Assembly (NCBI GenBank): GCA_046881885.1
Contig: JBKSMP010000021.1
Location: 43,046-75,045 of the forward strand
Reading direction: 5' to 3'
Length of the DNA stretch: 32,000 nucleotides
Origin: Opitutales bacterium
GTDB lineage: Bacteria; Verrucomicrobiota; Verrucomicrobiia; Opitutales; UBA9783
The translations under genes and the position numbers were made by a program. Shown here in pieces: positions 9,767-19,065 of the stretch (position 1 is its first letter; each line of letters opens with the position of its first letter). Below the pieces are notes generated by a model. That model made no database searches, was not told the DNA's origin, and saw only the letters and a list, made by a program, of their open reading frames with translations.

Positions 9767-10962
9767 GCATTCAACAAATGCTTTATAGGACGTTGAGCTT
9801 CAACATCTGCATCGTAATCGATACCCGCACATTCAAAGCCAAACAACTGCAAGAAGTTTTCTTGATAACCATCAAAATCACTCAATTGATGCAAATTTTC
9901 CGTGTTTATCTTCGCCCAAATCGCTTGTACTTCTTCTTGCACTTCTGGAAGTAGTTCACGATCGTCTAAACGAACACAGGTTTCACGATCTTGCTGCAAA
10001 GGAACTTTATGATCAAACAAGCCTGCAAACAAACGATAAATTTGCTCAATACAATCTTCATGCAAGCCCTTCTCTTTCATCACTTTAAACAGGACGGAAT
10101 TGTATAAAGGAACAACTGGAATGGCAGAACTTGCTTGAGTTACAACCGCCTTATTTACCGAAATAAGCGCACGACCTTGGAGCTTTTCCTGCAGGAATTG
10201 ATTCAATTTTTCAGCAGTTTGCGCGAGATGTTCCTTAGCACGACCAATCGTTCCCGACTTGTAAATCGGCCAAGTAACTTCAGGACCAATATAAGAATAA
10301 GCTATCGTACTTGCTCCTTTTTCCAATAAATTTTCTGCAACCAAAAGCTGGATCCATTCTTCCCAATCTTCACCTCCCATAACCTTGACCGTTTGAAAAA
10401 CATCGTCTTCGGTAGCCGGTTCTAAAGATGTTTCATAGACTTCACCTTTATCGGTATTAACAGTTTTGCTCGTAAATGTCTGCCCAACTGGTTTTAAAAC
10501 AGATTTGTACATATTGCCATCTTTATCGGTACGACGCGGTGCTGCCAAACTGTAAATAACACAATCAACGCTTCCCATTTTTTCGCGCAGTTCACGAACA
10601 ACTTGAGCCTTAAAATCTGCCGAAAAAGCATCACCATTCATCGAATAGGCCTTTAAACCTTGAACCTCAGCAGCTTTTTCAAAAGCAACCGTATTGTACC
10701 ATCCTGGAGAAGCAGGTTTGGTATCATCCCCTGGTCTCTCAAAAAATACACCAAAAGTATCAGCTTTACCTCCCATTGCACTTACAATACGACTGGCAAG
10801 TCCATAACCCGTTGAAGCTCCCAAAATAAGTACGCGCTTCGGCGCCTTTTCAAAAGCTCCTTGTTGCAAAACATACTCCACTTGCTTATTTACTTGAGCT
10901 TCACAACCATCTGGATGGGCTGTAATACATATAAATCCTCGAACTCTCGGTTTTATGATCAT
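9763..10962 (-). CDS. fabV: trans-2-enoyl-CoA/ACP reductase (FabV/TER family)
   Basis: N-terminus 'MIIKPRVRGFICITAHPDGCEAQV' and 'LILGASTGYGLASRI' are characteristic of FabV. 399 aa. Confidence 0.85.
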   Translation of the reverse strand: MIIKPRVRGFICITAHPDGCEAQVNKQVEYVLQQGAFEKAPKRVLILGASTGYGLASRIVSAMGGKADTFGVFFERPGDDTKPASPGWYNTVAFEKAAEVQGLKAYSMNGDAFSADFKAQVVRELREKMGSVDCVIYSLAAPRRTDKDGNMYKSVLKPVGQTFTSKTVNTDKGEVYETSLEPATEDDVFQTVKVMGGEDWEEWIQLLVAENLLEKGASTIAYSYIGPEVTWPIYKSGTIGRAKEHLAQTAEKLNQFLQEKLQGRALISVNKAVVTQASSAIPVVPLYNSVLFKVMKEKGLHEDCIEQIYRLFAGLFDHKVPLQQDRETCVRLDDRELLPEVQEEVQAIWAKINTENLHQLSDFDGYQENFLQLFGFECAGIDYDADVEAQRPIKHLLNA

Positions 10963-11305
10963 GATTACAGTGTGACAAGTTCTGCCAGAAGGTCAAAAAT
11001 TTTCTTATGAAAAATAGAGGTTATGAAAAATGAAAGCCAAAACATTATAAAACATCCTGTAAAACTCGGAGAATAAAAAAGAAAACAAGTGGTGATAGTA
11101 CTTAAGCTAAGGTATCTGGCCAAGGGAAAGTCCGCGATCATTTAAAAATTTGGGAATGGATGTCGATGTACAATGGTAGCGCACAGCACAAATATGCCAT
11201 TTTCGAGGTGTGAAAAAGTATGTTTGATTATAAACATCCTGCAAACAAAAGGTAAAAAATTTTCTTCAATTTTTGCAGAATATTCATTTCTTAAGCAAAA
11301 AAATC

Positions 11306-11334
11306 TTTACAGAAGGCTCAAGCTCGTTTAAATT
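11306..11334 (+). promoter_or_regulatory. candidate sigma70-type promoter for the LysM-ftsW-murG block
   Basis: TTTACA (11306-11311), 17-nt spacer, TAAATT (11329-11334). It lies only ~14 nt before the ATG at 11348, so the leader would be very short. Confidence 0.25.
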
Positions 11335-11347
11335 TTAAGTAATAAAA

Positions 11348-12337
11348 ATGAAAGTAAATAAAATTTTACATCTGGTAGGTGGTGCTTGTTTATTTTTACA
11401 AGGTTGTGAAACTTTGCATTTCAAAAGCAACGATAAAGAAACAAGTAACTTGAATGAAAAAAGTACGTTAATTGCTTCAGAAGCTGAAGAAACTGAACAA
11501 GCGGTTTCTGTTCACGAGTTAGAAGCAACAACGCAATTAAGCAAGCAACACTTTCGTGCTCAACCCCGTCGTCCTATTTTAGAAAAACAAATCGACGAAG
11601 TTGTAGAAGACGATTCTCAATCAGATGCAAAAGCCACATCGTATACAGTCCAAAAAGGTGATACCTTATACAAAATTGCTAAAAAATTTAATGTAACTGT
11701 TGCAAAATTGGTACAAGTTAACAATTTAAATGACCGGAATCGTTTGTCCATTGGAATGGAATTGATAATCCCTAATGGAACAAACAGTTTCTCCACAACA
11801 CCTACTCATGTTTATGTGGTTCAAAAAGGTGATACCTTAACCTCTATAGCCAACCGCTTTCAAACAACAATTGCTGCACTTAAGCAAAATAACAAACTGA
11901 CGAAAGATACGATTTATAGTGGGCAAAAGCTCTACGTTAATGGTACTGCAGAAGCGCAACCTTCTTCAAAAGAATCAAGTTCTAGCTTACCCCCTATAGA
12001 CACTGAAAAGTATGTTGTAAAAGCAGGTGATGTGCTTTACAATATTGCTAAACGTTGCCGGATGACCGTCCAAGAATTAATGCAAATCAATAACATCCAG
12101 GATCCTAAAGCTTTACAAATTGGACAAGTGCTTTATTTAAAGAAAACGATCACACCAGATCCTGTATCACCTATAGAAAATGCGTCCTCATCCCAGATAG
12201 AACCTCAACCAGAAGTTGTTTTGGCAGAGCCTACACCTGTTCCACAAAACTCTTCTATGGTTGAAGAAGATAATTTCGAAGATCTTTTTGAAGAAGGAAA
12301 CGACATTCCAGTTGTTCCTTTAGAAGATATCAAATAA
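11348..12337 (+). CDS. lipoprotein with three LysM peptidoglycan-binding domains and an acidic C-terminal tail
   Basis: Lipobox 'FLQGC'. Three repeats of 'Y.V.KGDTL..IA......L...N.L' follow. No M23 or amidase domain is visible. Confidence 0.8.
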   Translation: MKVNKILHLVGGACLFLQGCETLHFKSNDKETSNLNEKSTLIASEAEETEQAVSVHELEATTQLSKQHFRAQPRRPILEKQIDEVVEDDSQSDAKATSYTVQKGDTLYKIAKKFNVTVAKLVQVNNLNDRNRLSIGMELIIPNGTNSFSTTPTHVYVVQKGDTLTSIANRFQTTIAALKQNNKLTKDTIYSGQKLYVNGTAEAQPSSKESSSSLPPIDTEKYVVKAGDVLYNIAKRCRMTVQELMQINNIQDPKALQIGQVLYLKKTITPDPVSPIENASSSQIEPQPEVVLAEPTPVPQNSSMVEEDNFEDLFEEGNDIPVVPLEDIK

Positions 12338-13450
12338 ATGACGGCTAATCTACGAGTTTCTTATCGTTTGCTCGTAGCACTTAGCCTTATCTTAACAACC
12401 TACGGATTAGTTATTCTTTTCAGCACATCCCAAGCTCTTCAGAATGGGATGTCTTTGCTTTATAAACAATGTATTTGGCTAATAATTTCGCTAGGTGCTT
12501 TTTGGGTTTGTGCTCATGTTAATTTAATAAAGCTAAAGCCATTCTCCAATTGGATTGGCGGATTAACGCTTGTCATTCTAACACTTGTACTCATTCCTGG
12601 CCTTAGTCGATCTGTAAAAGGTGCCCATCGTTGGCTTGAATTCGGTGGCTTACGCATTCAACCTTCTGAACCTGCTAAAATAGGTTTTATCATCTTTTTT
12701 TCCTATTTCCTAACCCATTACATGGATCAAATGGAAGACTTTATAAAAGGCTTTTTAAGACCTTTAGTTGTTGTTGGTATTTTTTGCCTACTTCTTATCT
12801 TAGAACCGGATTTTGGAACAACCGCATTATTTGGTACAGTAGCCGTCATTTTACTATTTGTGCGCGGGGTAAAATTGAAATTCATCCTTCCAGCTTCTGT
12901 CCTTTGCTTAACACTTTTTGGCCTAGCTATCTTTTTTAATCCAGTACGTATGAATCGGATTATCGCTTTCTTGGACCTCGAAAATAACCGTTTAAGCGGT
13001 GCCTATCAACTATGGCAAAGCTTGATTGCATTTTCTTCTGGAGGCTGGATAGGTAAAGGACTTGGACAAGGCCGCCAGCAATTTTTCTTTTTACCAGAAG
13101 CACATACAGACTTTATTGGAGCCATTTTAGGCGAAGAACTGGGTATTTTTCACGTTCTTTTTATTCTTTCTTGTTTCGGTCTCATCTGCTTACATAGCTT
13201 TCGCATCCTAAAACAATTAGGCGATTCTTTTCTTTTTTACTTAGGTCTTGGCGCAATCAGTTTTTTAACAATGCAAGTCTTTATAAATTTAGGCGTTATA
13301 ACAGGCCTACTCCCCACAAAGGGGATTGCACTCCCGTTTTTGAGCTATGGAGGCTCCAATTTATTAACAAGCTTCTGCTTAATCGGACTTATTGTAAACC
13401 TTTCCAGGCCAATCTATTCCCCCATTAACCTTATTAATACCTCATCATGA
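12338..13450 (+). CDS. ftsW: SEDS-family peptidoglycan glycosyltransferase FtsW
   Basis: Polytopic membrane protein with 'RIQPSEPAKI', 'PEAHTDFI' and 'LPFLSYGGSN' SEDS motifs. Directly upstream of and overlapping murG. Confidence 0.8.
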   Translation: MTANLRVSYRLLVALSLILTTYGLVILFSTSQALQNGMSLLYKQCIWLIISLGAFWVCAHVNLIKLKPFSNWIGGLTLVILTLVLIPGLSRSVKGAHRWLEFGGLRIQPSEPAKIGFIIFFSYFLTHYMDQMEDFIKGFLRPLVVVGIFCLLLILEPDFGTTALFGTVAVILLFVRGVKLKFILPASVLCLTLFGLAIFFNPVRMNRIIAFLDLENNRLSGAYQLWQSLIAFSSGGWIGKGLGQGRQQFFFLPEAHTDFIGAILGEELGIFHVLFILSCFGLICLHSFRILKQLGDSFLFYLGLGAISFLTMQVFINLGVITGLLPTKGIALPFLSYGGSNLLTSFCLIGLIVNLSRPIYSPINLINTSS

Positions 13451-14535
13451 GTACCTTTATTATTGCTTGTGGAGGAACAGGCGGCCATCTATCTCCAGGA
13501 ATTGCTTTGGCCGAAAAATTACGTGAAAATGGACATAAGTGCATCCTAATTACTTCACAAAAACGAGTCGATCAAGAGCTTTGTCAAGCGTATCCAGAAT
13601 TACCTTTTATACAATTCCCGGGTATTGGCTTCTCAAAAAACATTTTTAAATGGCCGCGTTTCTTCTATCTGCAAATCAAAAACTTTCTGTATTCTATCCA
13701 TCTTATCAAAACAACACAAACAGATGCGGTGGTTGGGTTTGGAGGCTTTTTAAACGCAGGGGTAATTATTGCAGCTTTTTTACTGAGAAAACATTGTTTT
13801 TTACACGAAGCTAATTACATTCCAGGAAAAGCGGTTCGTTTTTTAAGTATTTTCGCTAAAAGAATTTACCTACCTGAAGGCGTACACCTCAAAAATATTT
13901 TTACGAAAACAGTTTTAAGTTGTGGTATGCCTATTCGCAAAGAAATTCAAAAAATCAATCAAGAAAAAGCAAAAGCACAACTTAATTTCTCACCTCATCA
14001 AAAATTGGTTGTAGTTGTAGGAGGAAGTCAAGGGGCCAGCAGACTCAATAAATGGGTTATTGATCATTTCGAAATCCTTAATAATAAAAACATCAATGTC
14101 CTTTGTGTAACAGGATTAAATAAAGGGAAAGCGCATTCAATGGAAAAAACAAATGCAGAAGGTATTCGTACGCAAGTTACCTTTGTCCCCTTTTGCAATC
14201 AAATGCATCAACTTTATTCAGCAGCAGATCTTGTAATCAGTCGTGCCGGTGCTGGAACACTTGCAGAACTAGCAAAATGCGAAACACCATCTATCATTAT
14301 CCCCTATCCACATGCTGCCGAAAATCATCAATTAGCAAATGCTACCCATTTTGAACAACGTGGTTGCTGCCTTATGTTAGAACAAAGCAATATCGATAAC
14401 CTACTTAATGAAACCTTAAATTTACTGGAAAATCCCAAATTACTCGAAAAACTATCACACAATTTAAAACAACTTAACCAATTAGATGCTACAAACTTTC
14501 TCGCAAATGATATCGAAAGCGTTTTAAAAGCATAG
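13447..14535 (+). CDS. murG: UDP-GlcNAc:lipid I N-acetylglucosaminyltransferase MurG
   Basis: 'ACGGTGGHLSPGIALAE' G-loop, 'VVGGSQGA' and 'SRAGAGTLAELA' are GT28 MurG motifs. Confidence 0.85.
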   Translation: MSTFIIACGGTGGHLSPGIALAEKLRENGHKCILITSQKRVDQELCQAYPELPFIQFPGIGFSKNIFKWPRFFYLQIKNFLYSIHLIKTTQTDAVVGFGGFLNAGVIIAAFLLRKHCFLHEANYIPGKAVRFLSIFAKRIYLPEGVHLKNIFTKTVLSCGMPIRKEIQKINQEKAKAQLNFSPHQKLVVVVGGSQGASRLNKWVIDHFEILNNKNINVLCVTGLNKGKAHSMEKTNAEGIRTQVTFVPFCNQMHQLYSAADLVISRAGAGTLAELAKCETPSIIIPYPHAAENHQLANATHFEQRGCCLMLEQSNIDNLLNETLNLLENPKLLEKLSHNLKQLNQLDATNFLANDIESVLKA

Positions 14536-14578
14536 TCCATCAAATCTGTATCGCCTTACAAAATAACGACAAAAATGT

Positions 14579-14607
14579 TTGACATTACAAATAGATTTTC
14601 GTTGTAT
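14579..14607 (+). promoter_or_regulatory. candidate promoter for tRNA-His
   Basis: Perfect -35 TTGACA (14579-14584), 17-nt spacer, weak -10 TTGTAT (14602-14607), about 12 nt upstream of the tRNA 5' end. Confidence 0.25.
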
Positions 14608-14618
14608 TGTTTTGGAGT

Positions 14619-14696
14619 GGTGGTTGTAGCTCAATTGGTCAGAGCACTGGATTGTGGTTCCAGGGGTTGCCGGTTCGAGCCCGGTCTACCACCCCA
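14619..14696 (+). tRNA. tRNA-His (anticodon GTG), CCA end encoded
   Basis: Cloverleaf folded by hand. Acceptor gtggttg/ctaccac has one U-U mismatch; D stem is gctc/gagc. Anticodon stem is ctgga/tccag with loop ttGTGgt (GTG at 14654-14656). T arm is gccgg-ttcgagc-ccggt. An extra 5' G(-1) opposite C73 is the tRNA-His hallmark. A genomic CCA is present. Confidence 0.9.
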
Positions 14697-14787
14697 GTTT
14701 GTCTTTAATCGCTTTTCATAATAAGCTTATTTTGAAACTGTTACATAATCATTTGACTTTTTTGTCGTTTTTTTATTTAATGAGTAT

Positions 14788-14994
14788 ATGAATGTAGTTT
14801 CTTCTAGTACACAAACCCCCCTTATTCAAAACAATTCAAGCGTAACAACTCCTAAACAAGGTACATACGGAAAGTATACTCTTTCCTCAGGAAATGCAAT
14901 GCTTATAAATACGACATCCATGCATCACGATTTTTCAATCACTTCTCTACCAGCTCACGAAATTGCTATCCTACATCGGCAACAAAACTTCTAA
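14788..14994 (+). CDS. hypothetical small protein (Ser/Thr/Asn-rich)
   Basis: 68-aa ORF in otherwise unassigned DNA just downstream of the tRNA. No motif or clear RBS. Confidence 0.25.
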   Translation: MNVVSSSTQTPLIQNNSSVTTPKQGTYGKYTLSSGNAMLINTTSMHHDFSITSLPAHEIAILHRQQNF

Positions 14995-15079
14995 AAATTA
15001 AAGATTCCTCACTAAGACACGTATAAAAGTGCATTTACAAGGAATCTTCTACGCTATAATTTTTTCAGAACGTTCAGTA

Positions 15080-15409
15080 TTACTGCCTCGGAATAACCGA
15101 TAAATACAATACATCCATATCGGTATCATTGATAAGTGTATGGGTATGTCCTTGAGGACAATAATGAAGATTACCTGCTGTAATACGTTCTTCAACACCA
15201 TCACAAATCGCTTTTATACTCCCCTTAAACACATAGAACATTTCACAGTTATCGGTATGAGTATGTTCGCCTATCGACGCACCTGCAGGTAAAGTTCCAT
15301 ACATAATCTTATTCTTATCTTCCAAAACAATTTTAGCAAACACACTCCCCTCCCCTTTGTAGAAATTCTTAAGCTCTTTTACAGGTAATTTTGAAAAATC
15401 AATATACAT
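15080..15409 (-). CDS. cupin-domain protein
   Basis: 'GASIGEHTHTDNCEMFYVFKG' and 'HYCPQGHTHTL' match the two cupin metal-binding motifs (G.H.H...E / H). 109 aa. Confidence 0.75.
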   Translation of the reverse strand: MYIDFSKLPVKELKNFYKGEGSVFAKIVLEDKNKIMYGTLPAGASIGEHTHTDNCEMFYVFKGSIKAICDGVEERITAGNLHYCPQGHTHTLINDTDMDVLYLSVIPRQ

Positions 15410-15619
15410 ACCAAATCCTTTCTATATTAGCATTTATTTATAAATTTAATTACAAACATCTGCGCCCGCTAAATTAGCCCTGCTATTTATAGGTTGTCAA
15501 CTTTAAAAATGGTAAATTTAATTATATTTATTAGACCTCCTGCAAAAGTCTGAGAGGCAAGAATGCCAAGGATAAAAAAGGATTGAAATAATAAACCTCC
15601 TACTCAAGAAACAGTATTT

Positions 15620-15882
15620 ATGACGGATCAGCGGAGTCAAGTAAGAAAAGTTTTAAAAATGTGTGAGCAGGCTAAAACGGGCTTGGGGAGATGGCACAGA
15701 GGCAGAAGCGCGTTGCCAGCCGACGGTATGGAATTGGTGACTTACGGGAACATTTGCTATTGTTGTTGATGTATTATCGGACGTATACGACACATTTGTT
15801 TTTAGCGCAAATTTTCAAGGTGGATGAGAAATGCGAAACTGTTCCTGAAATTCGCTTCTCTAGGTTTGCAAGGTCTTGTTGA
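15620..15882 (+). mobile_element. remnant of an IS transposase N-terminus (HTH of DDE_Tnp_4/IS5-like type), frameshifted and truncated
   Basis: 'GIGDLREHLLLLLMYYRTYTTHLFLAQIFKVDE' resembles the HTH_Tnp_4 pattern (ls.ed.LL.tLmYLR.Y.T...la..FgVseS). The upstream ATG at 15620 is in another frame. No DDE catalytic domain follows. Confidence 0.5.
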
Positions 15883-16220
15883 ACTGTTTCCAAAATAGAA
15901 ATGGTTGATAGTTTATTCAATTTTTTCTCTGTAGATATTAGCAAAAATTAATTGAGCAATTTGTCTATTTATCTGTTATTATCAGGCAAATAGCTGAAAA
16001 TTGCAAAAGATTATTCGTTGTTTTTAGAACTAACATTCCGTCAAGCATTAAGTAAAAATGACTAAAACCACCATCATTTTTTCAAAATAGGGCATCATTT
16101 TAGGTGAAGCTTGAACACTTTGTAAAATGTCAATATTTTTAAAGTATGCTTTAAAAACTCTGCAGAAAAAACTTTTTTACAAAAATTTCTAAAGATTGTT
16201 CAAAACACGTCATTATTTTA

Positions 16221-17013
16221 CTAATTATGTCTTATTTTTGTGTTACCAAAGTTGTTTTTTCCTGTACCAGAACGGTCTGTTATCAGTAAATCGGCCTCAT
16301 AGAGACTATTTTCACTTAGGAGTTGATCTTCCCAAATAAAATTGGGCAATGTTTTTATCTTTTGCTCTAATTGAATTGCTAATACTTTACGACGCTTTAA
16401 AAACTCAGGATGCGGTCTAACAATAACACGGTAATCCGTTTTACTTAATTCTTCAATAATGGTTTCAATGCCGTTTTCTAGCAAACTAGCCATGCTCCAA
16501 GTCGGCGCAATTAATATCGTTTTTTGTTTAAATTGCTTTTTATACGTTTGAAAATTTCTATATACAATATCCATTCTTGGATAGCCTATTGGCAATAATT
16601 TTTTTGAGGCAAATTGTAAACCTGTTCACGTTTTTGTATTTCCTTAACATGATGCGGACCTACACAAAAAATGGTATCATACGCATCAAAAGATTTTTCA
16701 TTATATTGCAAATGAGTACTTGAAAAAGCATGAAACAAATAGATATATTCTTTCGTATGTTTTGATTTTTCAGATGATACGTATTTAAATCCGGCATTGT
16801 AAACACAAAACACCTTGCATCCATTTTATCAAAAACAGATTTTAAGAAAAAATTAAAATAAAAAGGATATAAACGTTCATGGTGGCTTTTTAATATGGGA
16901 TCATTAATATCTGATGTTATATAACTGCATGTTATAGAAGGATCTTTTAATAATTTCTCCAAAAAAGGACCAAAAGTTTGATAATAAATGCTTCTTTCCG
17001 AATAGAAACCCAC
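16221..17013 (-). pseudogene. CDP-glycerol glycerophosphotransferase (TagF/TagB-like) pseudogene
   Basis: Three consecutive minus-strand ORFs in different frames (16660-17013, 16586-16813, 16221-16595). Together they read like one Glyphos_transf protein ('FYSE..YYQTF.P....L', 'IAPTWS', 'VRPHPE', 'ADLLITDRS'). The C-terminus is short and there is no proper start. Confidence 0.65.
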
Positions 17014-17037
17014 GGGTAAAACCCGTGGGTTTCTATT
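17001..17037. repeat. perfect 17-bp inverted repeat (AATAGAAACCCACGGGT-aaa-ACCCGTGGGTTTCTATT), bidirectional-terminator-like hairpin
   Basis: Read directly. GC-rich core CCCACGGG/CCCGTGGG is flanked by T-rich tails on both strands. It overlaps the 5' end of the TagF-like pseudogene. Confidence 0.8.
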
Positions 17038-17184
17038 GGTTGTATTTATCTAAAACCTTCAGCGCTTAAAATTTTAAAAGAAAATAATTGTTTTTGTGAT
17101 CAGCTTAATGAACATCGTTTATCGGGCATAGTTGATTGCTTACAACAAAAAGGATTCAAGGTAGCTTCTGTAAACGCTCACGGT

Positions 17185-19065
17185 TTGTGGACCGAAGTTG
17201 ACAATCCCATTGATGTTGCACGTTTCGTTTTAACAACGAAAGCTCAAACCTTACATGCACTTAGAACGCATGTTAAAAAATCCAAAATTCTCGACCAAAT
17301 TCATTTTTCAACCCAGCAATGGTTCAAGAATCAAGATGAAGTAATCCGTACGATAATGGAACATTTTGGCAACAAACCACTTGTTGTGCGAAGCAGTTCT
17401 TTACAAGAAGATAGCTTTACTAAAGCCAATGCAGGAAAATTTGAAAGCCTATTAAATGTTTTACCAGAACGTAGTGCCTTGGTTAAAGCTATTACTACGG
17501 TTATTCATTCTTATGGGACCAAAAACAATGCTGATTTGGTATTGGTGCAACCTATGTTGCATGATGTCAATGTCAGTGGTGTTGTTTTCACACGAAGCCT
17601 TAATTACGGAGCACCTTATTACATTGTCAATTACGACAAAAAAGATACAGCAGCTATCACAAGTTGCGCTAGCAAAACGGATGAAATCTTTTATCATTGG
17701 AAGTATGCAAACATTCCTGTGCACGCCCCTGATTTTTACAAAAAATTATTCGAAGCTATCCAAGAAATCGAAAAGTTAACACAATTTGATGCTCTTGATA
17801 TTGAATTTGCGGTTACAAATGATGGGGAATTGTATATTTTCCAAGTTCGCCCCATTGCATCCCAACATTTGAGAGAGGTTGGCGATCATCGTTTAAATGA
17901 ATATTTAGAATGTGCTGCAAAACGATTTGAAGATTATCAGCTAGCACAGCCTGATGTACAGGGCAATACTACAATCTTTGGTGTAATGCCTGATTGGAAC
18001 CCGGCTGAAATTGTTGGAACAAAGCCGCATCGCTTGGCTATTTCTCTTTATCAGCCATTGATTACGAATGATATTTGGGCACAGCAGCGTGCAGAATTTG
18101 GTTACAAAGATGTACGCCCTTATCCGCTTATTATTAATTTTGTTGGACATCCATATGTCGATGTACGCGCAAGTATACATTCGTTTTTGCCAAATAGCTT
18201 ATCTAGCGATACCACTCATAAATTAGTCAATTTTTATGTAAATCGCTTGAGAAATAATTCCGAATGGCATGATAAGTTAGAATTCATGGTAATGCCAACG
18301 TGTTACACGGCTGATTTTAAAGATCGTTGGTATGATCTTCTTATAAATGAGGCAAAACTTTCCGCAAATGAATATCAGCAGTATGAAAAAGCTTTATTTG
18401 ATTTAACGCTATCTGCCTTTGAAAAATGCCAAAAGTGTTACGAAGAAATGGATGCTATCGAGAAACGATTTTCACGTATTTCCGATACGCATCTAAAACC
18501 TTTAGATAAAATTTATGTTTTGATGCAAACTTGCAGAAAAGGTACACTTAACTTCTCTCATTTGGCACGTTGTGGTTTTATTGCAAGTTCATTCTTGAAG
18601 TCCTTTGTTGCTAAGGGTATCATTTCTGAGGAAGAAAAGATCTCACTTGTGGAAAATATCCAAACGATTACAGGACAATTTTTTGAAAAGACACAGCAAG
18701 CTGTTGATAAAGAAGATTGCATCAAAACGTATGGTCATTTGAGACCTGGAACATACGACATTACTTCACCTACCTACCGTTCCGATCCCGATAAATATCT
18801 GTTTTGTAATGCCAGTGGTAAAGCTATTGAACCAGAAAAAACTACAAACATTGTCCAAAATTACAATGCATTAGAGAAATACCTTAAACAAACTTTTGAT
18901 ATCTCTTTAAATGGTTTTAAGTTGTTTTTGAAGCAAGCCATCGCGGGACGTGAATATTCCAAGTTTGTTTTCACAAAATATATTTCTTTAATTTTGGATC
19001 TCATAGAAGAAATGGGGAAAGCTTACGGTTTTACGGCGAATGATATGGCGCACGTACTGGAATAA
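17185..19065 (+). CDS. PEP-utilising enzyme family protein (PEP synthase/PPDK N-terminal ATP-grasp domain), probably truncated at both ends
   Basis: 'LVVRSSSLQEDSFTKANAGKFESLLNV' resembles the PpsA/PPDK ATP-grasp signature. The only start is a TTG without an RBS. The frame is open upstream to 17089, encoding a nucleotidyltransferase C-terminus-like peptide ('GLWTEVDNPIDV'). No convincing phosphohistidine or PEP-binding domain precedes the stop. Confidence 0.6.
   Translation: MWTEVDNPIDVARFVLTTKAQTLHALRTHVKKSKILDQIHFSTQQWFKNQDEVIRTIMEHFGNKPLVVRSSSLQEDSFTKANAGKFESLLNVLPERSALVKAITTVIHSYGTKNNADLVLVQPMLHDVNVSGVVFTRSLNYGAPYYIVNYDKKDTAAITSCASKTDEIFYHWKYANIPVHAPDFYKKLFEAIQEIEKLTQFDALDIEFAVTNDGELYIFQVRPIASQHLREVGDHRLNEYLECAAKRFEDYQLAQPDVQGNTTIFGVMPDWNPAEIVGTKPHRLAISLYQPLITNDIWAQQRAEFGYKDVRPYPLIINFVGHPYVDVRASIHSFLPNSLSSDTTHKLVNFYVNRLRNNSEWHDKLEFMVMPTCYTADFKDRWYDLLINEAKLSANEYQQYEKALFDLTLSAFEKCQKCYEEMDAIEKRFSRISDTHLKPLDKIYVLMQTCRKGTLNFSHLARCGFIASSFLKSFVAKGIISEEEKISLVENIQTITGQFFEKTQQAVDKEDCIKTYGHLRPGTYDITSPTYRSDPDKYLFCNASGKAIEPEKTTNIVQNYNALEKYLKQTFDISLNGFKLFLKQAIAGREYSKFVFTKYISLILDLIEEMGKAYGFTANDMAHVLE

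Noticed and set aside
11124-11134. 'GGGAAAGTCCG' resembling the RNase P RNA CR-I box (GGAAAGUCCGG) in the long fabV/LysM intergenic region
   Set aside because: No other RNase P RNA conserved elements (for example ACAGAA.CCGGCUUA) or plausible P1-P4 pairings are visible in the surrounding ~385 bp. A single 10-mer match is likely chance.
14670-14696. A direct repeat of the tRNA-His 3' end (att site) delimiting the islands near 19.4-19.9 kb or 28.4-28.5 kb
   Set aside because: Only trivial 6-7-nt matches were found by eye (for example 'tgccgg' at 19612 and 'gagccgg' at 28421). This needs a computational repeat search, so no att site is claimed.
14565-14771. 11-bp inverted repeat (aacgacaaaaa / tttttgtcgtt) flanking tRNA-His as a processing stem or insertion scar
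   Set aside because: It is A/T-homopolymer-rich and therefore likely by chance in AT-rich DNA, and the arms are asymmetrically placed. There is no supporting evidence.
15001-15048. 9-bp inverted repeat aagattcct/aggaatctt between the convergent 68-aa ORF and cupin gene, as a terminator
   Set aside because: A 30-nt loop with little internal pairing and no U-tract makes it a poor intrinsic terminator.
18541-18576. 'GTLNFSHLARCG' as the phosphohistidine swivel motif (G-G-x-T-S-H-A-A-I-x-A-R) of the PEP-utilising enzyme
   Set aside because: The spacing and flanking residues do not fit the motif, and it sits in the wrong place relative to the ATP-grasp domain. Treated as coincidence.
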